A stretch of DNA of 63,147 bases, the filler included, from Bigelowiella natans CCMP2755 (lineage: Eukaryota > Protista > Cercozoa), in assembly GCA_000320545.1 (NCBI GenBank). It is 11 parts of 11 records of this genome, joined end to end, with 100 filler letters (N's around TTAATTAATTAA, not from the genome) between each part and the next. Parts side by side here need not be neighbours in the genome. Positions count along the whole stretch, not along the records: positions 1 to 11,990 come from ADNK01000956.1; positions 12,091 to 16,657 come from ADNK01002559.1; 9 more parts are not named here. One strand, written 5' to 3'. The position numbers were made by a program, and so were the translations under genes. Under the pieces are notes generated by a model. That model was not told the origin of the DNA. It searched no databases and was given only the letters and a program-made list of their open reading frames with translations. Positions 1 through 13,212 of the stretch are shown in pieces (positions within the stretch are counted from its first letter, which is position 1; every line of letters begins with the position of its first letter).

Positions 1-260
1 CGAGCATCATCGGCAATGCTGCTGCCTTTGTTGTTGTGTTGGTGTTGTTTGTGGTTGAGTAGGACTCCGCAATGCTGGAGGCGAAGAAGACGAAGAAAAC
101 GGTAGCAGCCATACGAAATGACGGCAGAAGAAGAAGAAGAAGAAGAAGAAGAAGAAGAAGAAGAAGAGAGGGTGGAAAGAGTCGTATTCTCGCACTCTTT
201 CTTCACTACCGACCCCTGCTCCCCCTCCCCCTCCTCATTCGTCGATCGACCTCTTAACAG

Positions 261-2160
261 GTGCAGGTGCTAGAGGAGAAACTTCAATCCCTTATGACGG
301 CCAAAGGAGGAGATGTGCCGCAGCAGCAGCAGCAGCAGCAGCCAGGAAAAGAAGAAGAGGAAGAAGCAGCTATCGCAACAGACGGATCTTCACTGAAGGA
401 GGTTTCCATAGAGATAGGGGGTGGGGCGGGCTCTGGTTTCGATGCTGCTCTAACGTTAAAATTGCAGCTAGACTCTGACATATGGTACTCGTGATAATAA
501 TAATAATATTAATGATAATAATAATAGGCGCTCGCGGCAAAACAGGAAAAGCTCGATGCGCTTGGAGAACAGCTCTCGACGCTGCAGCAGCAGCTGCTCG
601 AGGGGAAGGAGCACTCCGAGGCATTAGAGAGGCGGCTCCTGAGCGAGAAGCAGCAATCGGAGGGATTGCGAGAGCAGCTTCTTCTTAGTGAAAAACAGAT
701 GCTCGAGGGGAAGGAGCACTCCGAGGCATTAGAGAAGCAGCTCCTGAGCGAGAAACAGCAATCGGAGGGATTGCGAGAGCAGCTACTTCTTAGTGAAAAA
801 CAGAGGCAGCAGCAGCTGCTGGAGGGGAAGGAGCATTCCGAGGCATTAGAGAGGCAGCTCCTGAGCGAGAAACAACAATCGGAGGGATTGCGAGAGCAGC
901 TACTTCTCAGTGAAAAACAAAGGCTTGAGGGCCAGGAGAACAACACCGTGGCAGCAGTCGATACAGCAGCCGCCAAGCCCGAGCAGCAGCCTGAGGAGCT
1001 GGACATCGGTTTTGGATTTGGGGATGATAACGATGATAACGATGATAAAGATGATGGTAAGCAGCAGCAGCAGCAGCAGCAGCGTGATGCAGAGATGGAA
1101 GATCTGAAGCAAAAGATGGAGAGTCTAGAAACGGAAGCGAGGCGTTTGAGGGAACAGCTCACTGAAAAGGTGAGTGAGTAGCAGTAGTAGAAGTAGTAGG
1201 TAGTAGTAGTAGTAGTAGTAGCAGCAGCAGTATCCCGTTGTTCACCGATTATGCTGCAAGTGAGTGCTCATTTGGGTTGCAGAAGGAGGAGCGATCCACA
1301 CGCATGCTGCACGCTGCTGGGCGTTGTATGGAGGAGTGCCTATGTCCTGCTTGTTTCCATCGTGTGATTGCTTTTATTTCCATCGCTCATCGTCGTATAT
1401 GTGTGTGTGCGTGTGTGTGTGTGCGTGCGTGTGTGTGTGTGTTTTGCTGACTCAAAGGAGCAGCAGGTGGAGGATCAGGCGTCAGCCCTAGCAACTTCTT
1501 CGCAAGCTGAGGTGGTTTTGTGATATGTGATGCGTGCACGATGTGAGGAGAAGAAGAGGAAGTAGTAGTAGTAGTAGAAGAAGAAGAAGAAGCAGAAGAA
1601 GAGAAGGAGGAAGGAGAGGAAGATGTGAGCACAAAAGAACTCCCAATTCCATTCGAGTTACGAAGATACTGTTGTCTCCATGTCCGTTTTGTACTGCTTG
1701 TAGGCTGCTTTGAAGGAGCAGCATCTGGCGTTGCAAAAGGAGCTTGCGGAAGTGAAGGCCAAGCTACAAAAAGCGATCATGGTTGCACGCACCCTGCTAG
1801 CTAACGACGCTCATGAGATTACTAATGAATAGTAGCGTATTAAATACGAATAGTAGAACAGTATGGTGCCAGGGGTGACTTTGAATAATTAGCCGTCTTT
1901 ATTTGCGCGCGCGCGCATGTGCGTGTATACGTGTGTGTGGTAGTCAAAGAAAAAATAAGAGAGACGAGAGGAGGGGGTGGGGGATTGAAGAGAAAAGGAA
2001 GCCGGTCAAAGGATCAGTAGATAATTGGGCGCTGCTGGACGTTCAAAGCCTCAATTTCACTAATAACCCAGGTTGTCGGTAAACTAAAGACGAAGCAGGC
2101 GGCGTTGCAAACTGTGTGCAGACAATTGAAGTCCAAGCTCCAGGATCAGGGGGGGAAAAG
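261..2160 (+). CDS. Multi-exon coiled-coil protein, partial; function unknown
   Basis: Exons 261-~460 and ~525-1169 are rich in E/Q/L/K with repeated LEGKEHSEALE(K/R)QLLSEKQQSEGLREQLLLSEKQ; further short exons follow; GT-AG introns contain microsatellites. Boundaries approximate. Confidence 0.55.
585..925 (+). repeat. Three near-identical ~110-120 bp coding tandem repeats
   Basis: GAGGGGAAGGAGCA(C/T)TCCGAGGCATTAGAGA...CAATCGGAGGGATTGCGAGAGCAGCT recurs at about 600, 706 and 822. Confidence 0.85.
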
Positions 2161-3362
2161 CTAGTCGTAGATCGACAAGCCGAAAAGGGAAAAAGTTCGT
2201 CGCAGCAAAGCTACCTACTACCGTGTTGTTATCACCGATCTAGAGTATTTTAGATACAGTCAGTCATTACAGTAAGCTGCACGCATGCGTAGCAGGCAAC
2301 AGCAATAGGAGATAGAGGGGATGATGGACCTGTGTTGAGTACAAATTAAAAGAATGCTGAAGCTTGATGTGCGATGCATCAAGACGCGCACACAATGTGG
2401 CGCGCACAGACCGAAGACGCGACAATATATAACATATACGTGTAGTCATGCAGATGTATGGTAACCCTAATGCTCAGTTCTGCACAGCTAGACAGCTCTA
2501 GAGCTATGTTAGGAGACAACAGTTGAAAAAAAGTTTCGTAATCATTTCATTACCATGCTAGCATGTCCGATGTGTATATCTTCTCGCATGTCCAGCAAGC
2601 TGCTAGCTTAGATGTGCGCATTGCGCCTGCCTAGCTGCTTGGCTCCAGCTAGCCAGCTAGCTAGCCTAGCTAGCTAGCAACAATGAGATGATGCATCGAT
2701 CGATGTGCGCATGTAGAAACGCCATCTAGCCATGCTAGTGTGTTTCAATGTGGCAGCGTGTCAGCTGTCTAGCCATCTATGCTAGCCATGCTAGTATGCG
2801 ACAGTAGCCAATGTAGCCAACCATCCAGACGTCATGCATGCTAGCATGTATATATGTACAGCGACACATCGATCTAGCGATTTTGCGCGCGCGCACAGAG
2901 CTAGCTAGCTAGAGAGCTGCGCTAGCTGCGGTAGGTTAGTCCATCTCATCATTTGAATAAATACGATCGATGCTTGCGATGATGAGCTCATTTATGTGTG
3001 TTTGTATTGTCATAGTTTAGTTTGGCAAGTGTGTGTATTTGTACGTGCGCGGCTACGTACGAGACACAAAGTGTAACTATGTGTATATCGTGGATGTTTT
3101 TAGTCTTTGAAGGTGATTCTGTGTTAGCGTGGCGATCATTCACACAAATATCCCAATAATTTTTTTGTTATCCTCAAGAAAAACATAGATCATGATCACA
3201 TGGCAACAATGGCAGTCAAGCCGTATATTAGGTTTCGCTTTTTGTACAACAGATTCTTCATTTTCTCTTCGAGAAATTTTTTAACCAAGCGAACAGAGCT
3301 ATGTTAGCATATCTTACTTATATTGTTATGTATTAAGCAGCATATACTATCACGCCGTAGTC

Positions 3363-4945
3363 TTAAGCAGCCACAGGTTTATCCTCAGATTCGGACGGTG
3401 TGCTAGCAGAGAGCGCACGCGTTGCCTCCTCTGCTGCCCTAGCCTGCTCCTTGAAGCGGGCGGCCATTTCCTCCGCCTTCTCAAAAACAAGTTGGGGCGA
3501 ACGAAGCATGTCGCCTGCGTTCGGCTCTAAGCGTTTGGTGGAGAGCGAGACTCGTCCATTTTGGTCCCTCGACATGATCATCACCTTGAGCTTCTGGCCG
3601 ACATCCATGACGTCCTTGACGGAGGTCACGTGATCGTGCGATATCTGTGATATGTGGAGTAGTCCGTTCACACCGCCAAGGTTGATGAAAGCGCCGTAGG
3701 GCTTGAGGGCCGTCACGGTGCCTACGACGACGTCTCCCACTTTGTAGTTCTTCTTGAAGCTGGAAGCTACCGCACGCCGGTTAGACATGACGAGGCGCTG
3801 GTTCTCCATGTCGACCTCAAGAAACTTGACCGGAATGACCTTCCCAATCATCTCATCCTTATCTACAGATGTGGCCATCTGGCTAAAAGGAAGGAAGCCT
3901 TGTAGCGAGTCGACTTCAATAATGAACCCTCCTCTGTTGTGGGAGAGGATCTTGCCGCTAAGAGTCACATCGAGCTCAGCCATCTGCCGCACACGAGTCC
4001 AGGCCGTAGGAATAAGCATTCTCTTGATGGACAAGACCACCTAGGGATACAAATAAAATCAGCAAATACATTGAGAGATATCATCTATCTTCACGTTGCA
4101 GTGGACAACAATGTCGTCGGAGGTGCCGTCTCTCTCTCTCAGGTAGTACGCGACGACACCAAATCTACCCCCAAAACCAATTATTTCGAAACCCTCGTTT
4201 GATCTTGTAATGTGTTTTTTGGTAATACATCTGACGCCATTGTTGAGGCCTTGGACACAGTGAAGTCACGCTTCAAGCCAGGGAAAAGAACATCTGCACC
4301 GCGGATAAACAAACCACCGATCATTCCAACTGGTAGGTGCCCGAAAATTGAATAATGTGCAGAGAAAAATGAAGTTATACATAAATACTAAGCTAGGATG
4401 CAAACGGCCAACATACCTTCAGCCTTCATTCCTCCCATAGAAATTTCCCCGCGTGGTAAGTAAGCAAGCGACTTCGCACCCACATCAACGTACGCACCAC
4501 CCTTAGAGTCGAGGGAAATCACAGTGCCCGTAACGGTAGTGAGAGCATCAAATGATGGCAATTTGTTCTCCTCAAGGAGATTATCGAAGTCTTTATACAG
4601 TCCCATGACATCCGACTCAGGAATCTCAGCCATGATCTCCTCATCGTTCACAAGTTTCCTGATCTGGTCGTACATAGGCTTATCGATGGCTTCTTCCTGG
4701 GGAGTAGCAAGACGGGTTTTGACGTCATAGAACTCCCTTTTCCCGGAGACAGACACGGATCTCTGCTTCCTCGGCATCACGAAGAAGCCAGGGTGACCAG
4801 CCGTACGTGATACTGTGTTCATGCTTAGTCGCGACTGAAGCTCGGCTGGAGCTTGGCCAGCCGTGCGAAGCACGCAAATCGCAACAAGCGCGATCCCCAC
4901 TAAAGTGGCGAACATTATTCTCCCATTTGTCATGTCCCGTCTCAT
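3363..4945 (-). CDS. rps1: Plastid 30S ribosomal protein S1, nucleus-encoded, about 3 exons, bipartite leader
   Basis: Three S1 domains (VTGTVISLDSKGGAYVDVGAKSLAYLP; GGFIIEVDSLQGFLPFSQ; VGDVVVGTVTALKPYGAFINLGGVNGLLHISQISH), cyanobacterial-type C-terminus LSTKRLEPNAGDML, and a hydrophobic signal peptide followed by an S/R-rich transit-like region. Confidence 0.9.
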
Positions 4946-5502
4946 TCCTATTTCTGTGGATTTGTATTGGGTGAGAGTGAGTTGAGGGTACGTGATCTCA
5001 CCCAATTTCTCTCTTAAAGCTATCTCCTCTCCTCCAAAAACACCAAGAAATAAAATTCGAATGGGAAACCCCTAACGATTGCCTTATTGCCGAAAAAAGT
5101 ACGTCTAAATGTAATCTAAAGGGGGTAAGGGCAGGGAGAGGGTGTACCCCCCGCAGTGGCTGGTTGGGGCTTTCTCGCTTCAGACCAAGCGGGCCTTAAA
5201 TTTAAAACTGCGGCCGCAAAAATAATTTTCGCGGATGAATAAATCCCAGTCCTTTTTCCGCAGAAATCCACTGAAAACCAGGGAAATGGCTGTGGAAGAC
5301 AATGGATGAAATGTGGCGAGTGTTTTCCCACCGATTCAGAGCAAGCGGCAATTAAGAAGAACACAATCTCACAATTTTCCAAGAATAGAAGCGACTTCAG
5401 AAAAGAGTCGGAGACGAGGGGCTGTCTTCTTTCTCGATCGGCTGGCCTCTGAAGCTTAAAATGGAAACGAAATAATTTTCTTGCATACGACATGGTGAAA
5501 GA

Positions 5503-6531
5503 CATGTCGCAGAGGAAATTTGAGTTTGGTTTCCGAGGGTGAAACTGCTACGATCTGGGCAACACATAACGCCCGCATCCCCCAAATCTCAAGAAGAAGA
5601 TTGGAACAATAGCAAGTAGAGAGGGTCTTGGTTGAGGAAAATATATAGGCTGGGATTTACATCATGAATCAAGAAGAGCTGAAAAGTAGCTATCCAAGAT
5701 TCTCTCCGAAAGGAACGCGTAAGTTTTTGTTTTTTGGACGTGAAAACGTTAGAACACGATGCCAGGCCAACTAGTAATTGAGGTAGCCTATACCTTTCCA
5801 GGTTCCGGGACCACACTACCCCAAGTTAGTCCAAACAACGCAAGCTTAATGAATGGTAGGCCCGCATCAAGGAAGCCACAAGCAAGGGGTGTAAAACGAG
5901 ACATCGAGAAATTGTGGGAAGTAATAAATCAGCAGCAAGCTGTGATCGAACGACAGCACCAAGAAATAGAACGAATTCAAAGGTTGACATCCGACTTTTG
6001 ATATAATAATCATGATGGTGATAATGATAATTTCAAGTGTTATAAAATAATATATGTATACACATGTCTTCGTATTTTAAAGACTTAAATCCTTGTTATT
6101 GATCGGTGATGCGCGTGTGCTCAAAAATATTCCATATTTTTTCTATTCAACATTTTTTTTTATATTTTCAATAGCTCTAACATATTTTCTATGTTTCAGG
6201 ATGGTTGAGCCAATGTCAGATGTCCTCAAGCGATACACAGACCAGGCTGAAAGGCGAATGTATAAGAAGATGGATAAGCAATCTTCGGACCAAATTAAAA
6301 CTAATACTCGCATAGATAACGCTCTTGCTGCTTTGAGGAGAGCAAAGGCTAATTCAGATGAAAAAGCACGTATCTTTACTGATCAGGTAATGTTAATATC
6401 CACACACGGTATATGCTGTCAAGAGTAAATGCTTATGATTTTTATGTCAGATTCAACAACTCCATTCCCAGCTTCAATTTCTTAATGAAGAAATTTTTGG
6501 AGACCCTGCCGGAGGCGTACCAGAGGAATAA
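5503..6531 (+). CDS. Small multi-exon coiled-coil hypothetical protein
   Basis: Exons DIEKLWEVINQQQAVIERQHQEIERIQ, MVEPMSDVLKRY...IFTDQ and IQQLHSQLQFLNEEIFGDPAGGVPEE* are joined by GT-AG introns; start uncertain. Confidence 0.5.
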
Positions 6532-7277
6532 TACTGCTGATGTTGTACATTTTAGTGAAGTACCGTTTTTGTGGAACAGCGGATGGCATGCTGCAAAGCT
6601 CTAACCAATCACTGTAGGGAGGCATAGAAGCCTCACTTACTCGGAACACCACGCGAGAATTTGCAATATTTTTCATGTGAAAGACGATCCCCATGTGTGT
6701 ACGACATTACCATCAATTGAACAATCGTACCCACTGTTGTAAGCCCTTTCAAATTGCGTATCCTGCAACCTGCGCTTGCTAGATCGATCGCATCAAGCTA
6801 CATCGTGCGTGTGTGTCTAGTATCGCAGCATGTGCGCGCACACAGCCAAATGTGAATTAATAGAATTCCCCAATGCGTTTTGCATGAGATTTCCCCATTC
6901 AAATAGTTCATAGAGGTTCGATCACGGACAGGATTGAATTCGCAGCGCTGCATAGCCTATATATGCTAGATATGTGAGCTGCTAGTACATAGCTACGGCT
7001 GCGCTGCGTTGCTGCAAACTTTGCATAATATGTGGCTACGTACATGCATCAGGATGACAAATAATACAAATAGCGATTCTTTTGACATGTGTTCATTACA
7101 TCCGTCTCATAGCTAGTAGTAGGCGCGCGCGACACGATGCGCGATGTGACTGGTTGCTCCAGCTAAAGCATGCGTGCATGCAACGTATGTGATAATGACC
7201 GATAGATATTTTTGTACATAATGATGAGCAAGTCTGTGATCTAGACGTCACACGATAATAGACATAGTGATATGATG

Positions 7278-7330
<53 letters not shown>

Positions 7331-7662
7331 ACATCAGGATGACCATTGAAAAAATTTAATTCTTCATTACATCCGTCTCATATGTTACGTTGTCTATAAT
7401 CACGTAGTGTGCGTATACATATATACATGTATACATCATAGGATATATATGCAGCATGCATAAAGTGTCATTGTGACTACCACGTACAGGCAAGCTCTAG
7501 CTAGGGGTAGATACGATACGTTGATTACAAGTCAAATACGTTGATTACAAGTCAAACTATCTGCCAATGTCAAGCATACAATATATACGGCCATTGCTGT
7601 AAGCATTTTCCGCGTTAGTTGCTGAAATTTATTGCATATAGCTAGGCTAGATGATTATATTC

Positions 7663-9625
7663 CTACTTCTTCTTTTACTGCAATCCGATTTTACTTTTTG
7701 AAGAGAACAGAAACAGATTTTCTGTAATGGATTCGCGCGATAGCTTCCCCCAACAATTCCGCGATGCTCAGCTGCTTGATCTTCGCGCATTGTGCCGCTG
7801 CAGGACTCAGCGGGACCGTATTACAAATAACCACCTACATAAGAGTTGTCAGAACACGAAGTTCTCCTACTATCCATTCAGTGTACCTGTTCGAGTTCGC
7901 TTTTTTCGATACGCGACACGGCAGGGCCGTTAAATAACCCATGAGTTGCATATGCGAAAACGCGCTTCGCACCTCTTGCTGTGAGCTCAGATGCAGCCTG
8001 ATAGCAGATATCTAATGTGCCAGACATTCACCGTTGCAACACAGAAATGAAAACAACCTTCGTAAGAGTCCCCGCGGTATCAATCATGTCATCAACCAAG
8101 ATGACATCACATCCTTCCACATTCCCGACCTAGGCATTGTGAGAGGATATTCTATTGAAAATTGTGAGATAAGAATAGGGATTGCAAAAGTCTACCAAAT
8201 CCATTCTTTCGATTGCATTCGCCCTTAGTCTCTGCTTGATGATCATGGCGAGTCCAGCATCGATTCCGAAACGTTTCTTCAAACGATCACGAAAGTGCTT
8301 TGCCCGGTGGACCCCCCCGGCATCCGGAGATGCAACAATGGTACTCTAGATGAGCGATTCACTATTTTAATTGATTTCTCCTGCAGTGCGTATGACAGAT
8401 CTACTACCTCACTCTTCAGGTTGAGATTCGCAAAATGCGGTAGGGCAACGACGGATCCTTCCAAATTGTCACAAGGAGTTCTTGGGCCAAAGAAACCTTG
8501 AATCTGCCCACAGTGCAGATCCACAGCGACAACCCTACACAAAATCTTGCGTGAGACTACTTTCCTGTCAATGTAATATCGAAATTCTACCGATCAACAC
8601 CCATCGCTTCCAACAGACGGCACACATCCGCCGCAGAGATTGGAACACGTGATTGCATCTTCCGATCTTGGCGAGCGTACCCAAAGTAAGGTATAACAGC
8701 TGTAATCTTCCTAGCAGAGGCCCTGGCAAATTTCCAATGTTATGGTTCTTCTGTATTGTTTGCAGTGATGCTGTGCTACCGTCTCATAGTTGACACCAAC
8801 AGGATAAGTTCCATGAGGTTGTCATTCACACCCTGATGTGGTTAAATGGGTCAGCATTCTCGATCTGGCAAACAGCGGTAAGATGCTACAACCGGTGGGC
8901 ATGTCGGCTGGATTATGTAGATGTCCTTTCCCCTCACATTCTCATTGACTTGGATGCCTAGAAAAAGAAGAATACATGCGTTTGCTTGGGAAAATAATGG
9001 TGCGGCATGTGATCACCTATCTCCCCATCCGCGTAAGTTTTGATGGAAAGATTTCCAAGAGGCACTCCAAGCTCCTCAGCGATTTCGCTTGCAAGCTGTG
9101 AAACTCGAATAAGGAGCGGATTTTTGAACAAAAAAGAGAAATGATGCGTCTCACATTGTAGTTAGCAGTGCCGCTAAAGATTTTCATGTCATCCAACGTT
9201 GGCTGCTCTTCAGTTTGTAATCTGAAAGTAGAGGCCGCATGAGCAAATGCAACGATTCTCAATGACAACTGTACTTACACAATGTTTACAGAGTCCTTCG
9301 ACTCTTCTGCATGTGCAGGGGTGGCCTCCGGGATTAGGTTACACGCCATCAGGCTGGCAGCGCCGCAACCCAGTCCAGCAAACCCCACGGCCTTAAACCA
9401 AAGGATGATATGTCATTCTTTGAAAATGTGTTAGTGTATGTATTAATGAGATAAGAACCCGAAGGCTCGGCTTGGAGAAAATCCTTGTTTTAACTTGAGC
9501 TGGAATCTGAGGGATCGCATAAACTCAAATACTAAGACACGAAGCTAATTGTTGCGTACAGTTTTTGCCATTCCCCGCATTCCACGGCTCAGAAAGCTAG
9601 CAGTGGATTGAAAAACACGATTCAT
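7663..9625 (-). CDS. PRS: Ribose-phosphate pyrophosphokinase (PRPP synthetase), many short introns, N-terminal presequence
   Basis: Motifs [67 protein letters not shown]. Confidence 0.92.
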
Positions 9626-9991
9626 TTTCGAGAAGGAGCTGTAGATAGGGGGTGCCCTAATCAACAATCCACGTGCGAGAAATAAACCAAATTTCTTTGG
9701 AGATTTTTTCGTTTTTTTTGCCCTGCGAAATATTAAATTTCGGAATCCAATTCCGACGTTCCGAGCGGAAAGGCCGATAGGCCGATTGGCCGATTGGCCG
9801 ATTGGCCGAAGGGTCCCTCTTGAGAGTGCGCCAAATTGTTCTCCATTTGGTGGTTGGTTGGTTCATTTGCCTGCTTTCTTTTCCAAGATCTCACATCTTC
9901 TTAGCTAGTTTTGGTTTAGGCGCGTCTTCACGTCAGCAGAGCAGCGTGTTGTTCATGTGTTCGTGCATCGTTGTCCATCTAGCCATGTGTT

Positions 9992-10317
9992 TGTTGCGCG
10001 TAAGGTGTTCACAGGCCGAGGCGCTACGTGCACAAGTAGGCAGGGGGGGGGAAAGGCACGTTTGCTTCCTTTTGAAGAGTTGTGTTTATTTTTATTAAAG
10101 ATTATATTTTTATTAAATCGTGCACTGCGTAATCATTCGCGAAGCTTTCGCGAATGCCGCCGCACGTGGGGCAGCACACTTCCGGTGTGCTGCCATGAGT
10201 CCCGCCGGAACCCACGTGCCTATGCTGTATTAATATCTACGTTATCTATATTCTATATCCGCGACAACCCCTTTGTTGTCGCACGTGACTTGTGCCCGCG
10301 TAGTGGTACGCGCTACA
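9992..10317 (-). mobile_element. 3' LTR (326 bp) of a Ty3/gypsy retrotransposon
   Basis: TG...CA termini with an 11-bp imperfect inverted repeat (TGTTGCGCGTA / TACGCGCTACA); purine tract GGGGGAGG directly upstream on the minus strand (10318-10325); apparently identical copy at 53498-53823. Confidence 0.9.
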
Positions 10318-10368
10318 CCTCCCCCAAGTCACGTTGCTCCTTCCTTCCTTCCTTATTCCCTTAGACCT

Positions 10369-11990
10369 TCATCGCTTTCGGAACTTCACCAACCACCAGG
10401 TAATAGATTCCTCTCTAACCTTATCTCCTTTGTCGCTTACCCAGAACTCACCTTCGTCCTTAGGTTCGTGTCCATACCAGCCCTCTGCATCAAGGTCCCC
10501 CAGGACCTTATACCAGTGCTCAAAGGGTAAGTCGGGAACAGCTAGGTAGAGTAGCTGATATTTTCCGTCCTTTATTTTCATAGCTACCCTCTCCATATTT
10601 CGTAATCCAGGGTAGCCTAGATAGACAATCTTCATGCGCCAATCGTCGTTCACCCTGACCTTATTGTTTCCATATTCCACATCGAACTTAGGTCGGGGTC
10701 CTAAACAAGGCATTGCTCGCTCCCACACAGTAGGGTTTACTTTAACATCCTCTAGGAGCTTCTCACCGATATCATAATTCTTTAGGTGACTGATGTGGCG
10801 CAAGGTGACCCTGTTCCCATCATAGATGTAGTACTGCTTCCTCCCCTTCCTCTCGGTAACCTTTGCAACGCCACCCCAGAAGGGGTCTTGTTTATTTCTC
10901 GATCTCAGATTTACCTTGGCCCTAACATACTGTCCTTCCTTTAGAACTCGGCCATCGTACGGGACCTTCTCGTCTTCGCTCTCGGTATCGTCGTCGTTGT
11001 CGTCGCCTTCTTCCCTCTCCTTATCCTTGATACCTCCCCCAGACGTGAAGGTGTCGTTTACTAACCCTTGTATCTTGTCTGGTGTGGTGCTATTTATCCT
11101 GCTTAGGTTGGCCAAGGTGCGGTGGAGTCGCTCTACCTTGGAGTTGGACTGGGCATAGTATACAGGTGAGGCATCAATATTAGGGTGTGGTAGCTGTAGA
11201 AGAGAGGTCTCATTATCCACATGTAACTTCTTTGGTATCTTGTTTATGCTAACTTCATCAGGGATAGCCTGGAGCTCAGACTCCCAGGTACGGTAGCAGT
11301 TAGTAAGCCTCTGCTTATATAAGCCTTTGTTCTTCTTAGCAACGTTGACCTTGATAATCTTTTTAACCCAGCACTTTCCAGTGGCCACATCAACGAAGGT
11401 AAGGTAGTGATAGCCATCGTACTTATAAACATCAATTTGCACGATATCTAAGAAGTTCCTTGCTTTGATTTTCTTAGATGCACGGCTCTTGCTGGACTCC
11501 TTGGTGGCGACGCCTGCCGCCTTCAAGCTGGAGCACCTGCAGCCACGCAGGTATGTCCTTATCTCTTTTAGCTTGTAGGGCCAGTAGTAATGGTAGAGTA
11601 GAGCAGTGATATGGTTTTCTCCTACGTGTGCAGGTCCATGGGCGGTAAAGAGAAGGGCTCCCCTGGTCCGCCGTGGCACGTAGGTACGCCTAACATTATT
11701 AGTGTATACATATATCCTATCACTAAGTACCTCATGCTTGTGTTTGTATTTATCCAGGTGTTCTTGAAGGTGCTGGAGCTCCTCTGGCTCAGGCAGGAAG
11801 TCGCCGTCCTCGAAGGTAATCGCGTTAACCATAGGGGTGACCTGGGTAGGGACTTTCTTTTCGAACAGCCTGCTGAAATAGTCAGCAAGCTGCTTGTCTC
11901 CTGGTGCGTAGACCACTGTCCTCTTGTCCCTAAACTCTTCCGTGTCCGCCCTCATAGCTGCATACTCATCGTTAGGCGCTTCGAGCTTGC
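10369..11990 (-). mobile_element. Ty3/gypsy pol 3' part: RNase H end, integrase (HHCC, DDE) and C-terminal extension; truncated by contig end
   Basis: VVYAPGDKQLADYFSR (RNase H end), HGPAHVG...YYWP...CRC zinc finger, IVQID / LHVDNE / QSNSKVERLHRTL catalytic motifs; integrase lies last before the PPT and LTR (gypsy order); frame open to the gap. Confidence 0.88.
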
Positions 11991-12090
11991 NNNNNNNNNN
12001 NNNNNNNNNNNNNNNNNNNNNNNNNNNNNNNNNNTTAATTAATTAANNNNNNNNNNNNNNNNNNNNNNNNNNNNNNNNNNNNNNNNNNNN
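11991..12090. other. Artificial contig linker (N44-TTAATTAATTAA-N44); also at 16658, 20744, 25697, 27327, 30936, 36514, 53302, 59318 and 61513
   Basis: The same 100-nt spacer with stops in all six frames occurs 10 times. Confidence 0.97.
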
Positions 12091-12449
12091 GGGGGGGGGG
12101 GGTATCTACCTGCAGTCTTCGGAGCCATTCCCCACTTTTGATCATCTCCCTCTCCTTTCTGTCCTTAATCTCCCTCTCTTCCCTGAGAGAAAGAAGAAGA
12201 AGAAGAAGGAGGAGGAGGAGGAGGAGGAGGAGGAGGATGAGGAGAAGAGGGTAAGGTGGGGATATATTAACAAAACATTGAGCCCCGCATCATTTCTATC
12301 ATGGGAGTGTGTGCGCGTGCATTTATGAATAAAGACTGCAGACGACACCCCCCCCTCCTCCTCCTCCTCCTCCTCCTCCTTCTACAACTACTACAACTAA
12401 TACTCTACCTTCATCCAGAAGTCATTGATTTATATGGTGTATATTCGTA

Positions 12450-12531
12450 TTACCAATACTCGTAGTTTTTCATTTTGAACCACTTCCATTGGTTGCTCGG
12501 CTTGCGCCAGTCCCACGTCAAGGGTTCAGGC

Positions 12532-12566
<35 letters not shown>

Positions 12567-12848
12567 TGTTGTTGTCGGAGAAGGTGATGTCGTGGTGGTG
12601 AAAGATGCAAGGGACAATTGATGACACGCTCGAAAAGAATGCATGGCTGTGGCGAATGAGAGAGAGAGAGAGAAGATGATGATGATGATGATGATGACGA
12701 CGAGAAGCTATCATGATCATCGTATCAATCATAGCATCCACACAACAACAACACCAACAAATATTGGCGACGTTTTGACGATACACGGTTAGTGTTGTTT
12801 ATCAATCCGTTCACAATCAGCAAGGTGGTGAATAGTCGTAGCGTGTTA

Positions 12849-12879
<31 letters not shown>

Positions 12880-13167
12880 TACTACAAGATACGCTCATAC
12901 AAGGAGATTCGTTCCTTCATCCATGCTTTACCACCCATGTACAACAATAAGAAATAATAACAAGTACCTCTTGTAAGGCTGGGTGCTCTAAGATGTCCTC
13001 AGGTATCTTATCTGGGTCTATTCCACGCCTTTTCCAGGAGGAGGCCGGAATTGATGATGATGATTATGATGATGATAACACAATAAATGATTAAGAGTAT
13101 GAAAAGGGCCTCTCCCCCCCCCCTCGCCCCCCTCACCCTTACTCTTTAGTGTGTGTATGTGTGTGTG

Positions 13168-13212
<45 letters not shown>

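Noticed and set aside
9770-9812. GGCCGATT(A)-type short tandem units; also duplications at 7515-7556, 32876-32914 and 51303-51414
   Set aside because: Plain short tandem duplications without unique spacers; not CRISPR-like.
11991-12090. Recurrent TTAATTAATTAA flanked by Ns
   Set aside because: Artificial six-frame-stop contig linker, not a biological repeat.
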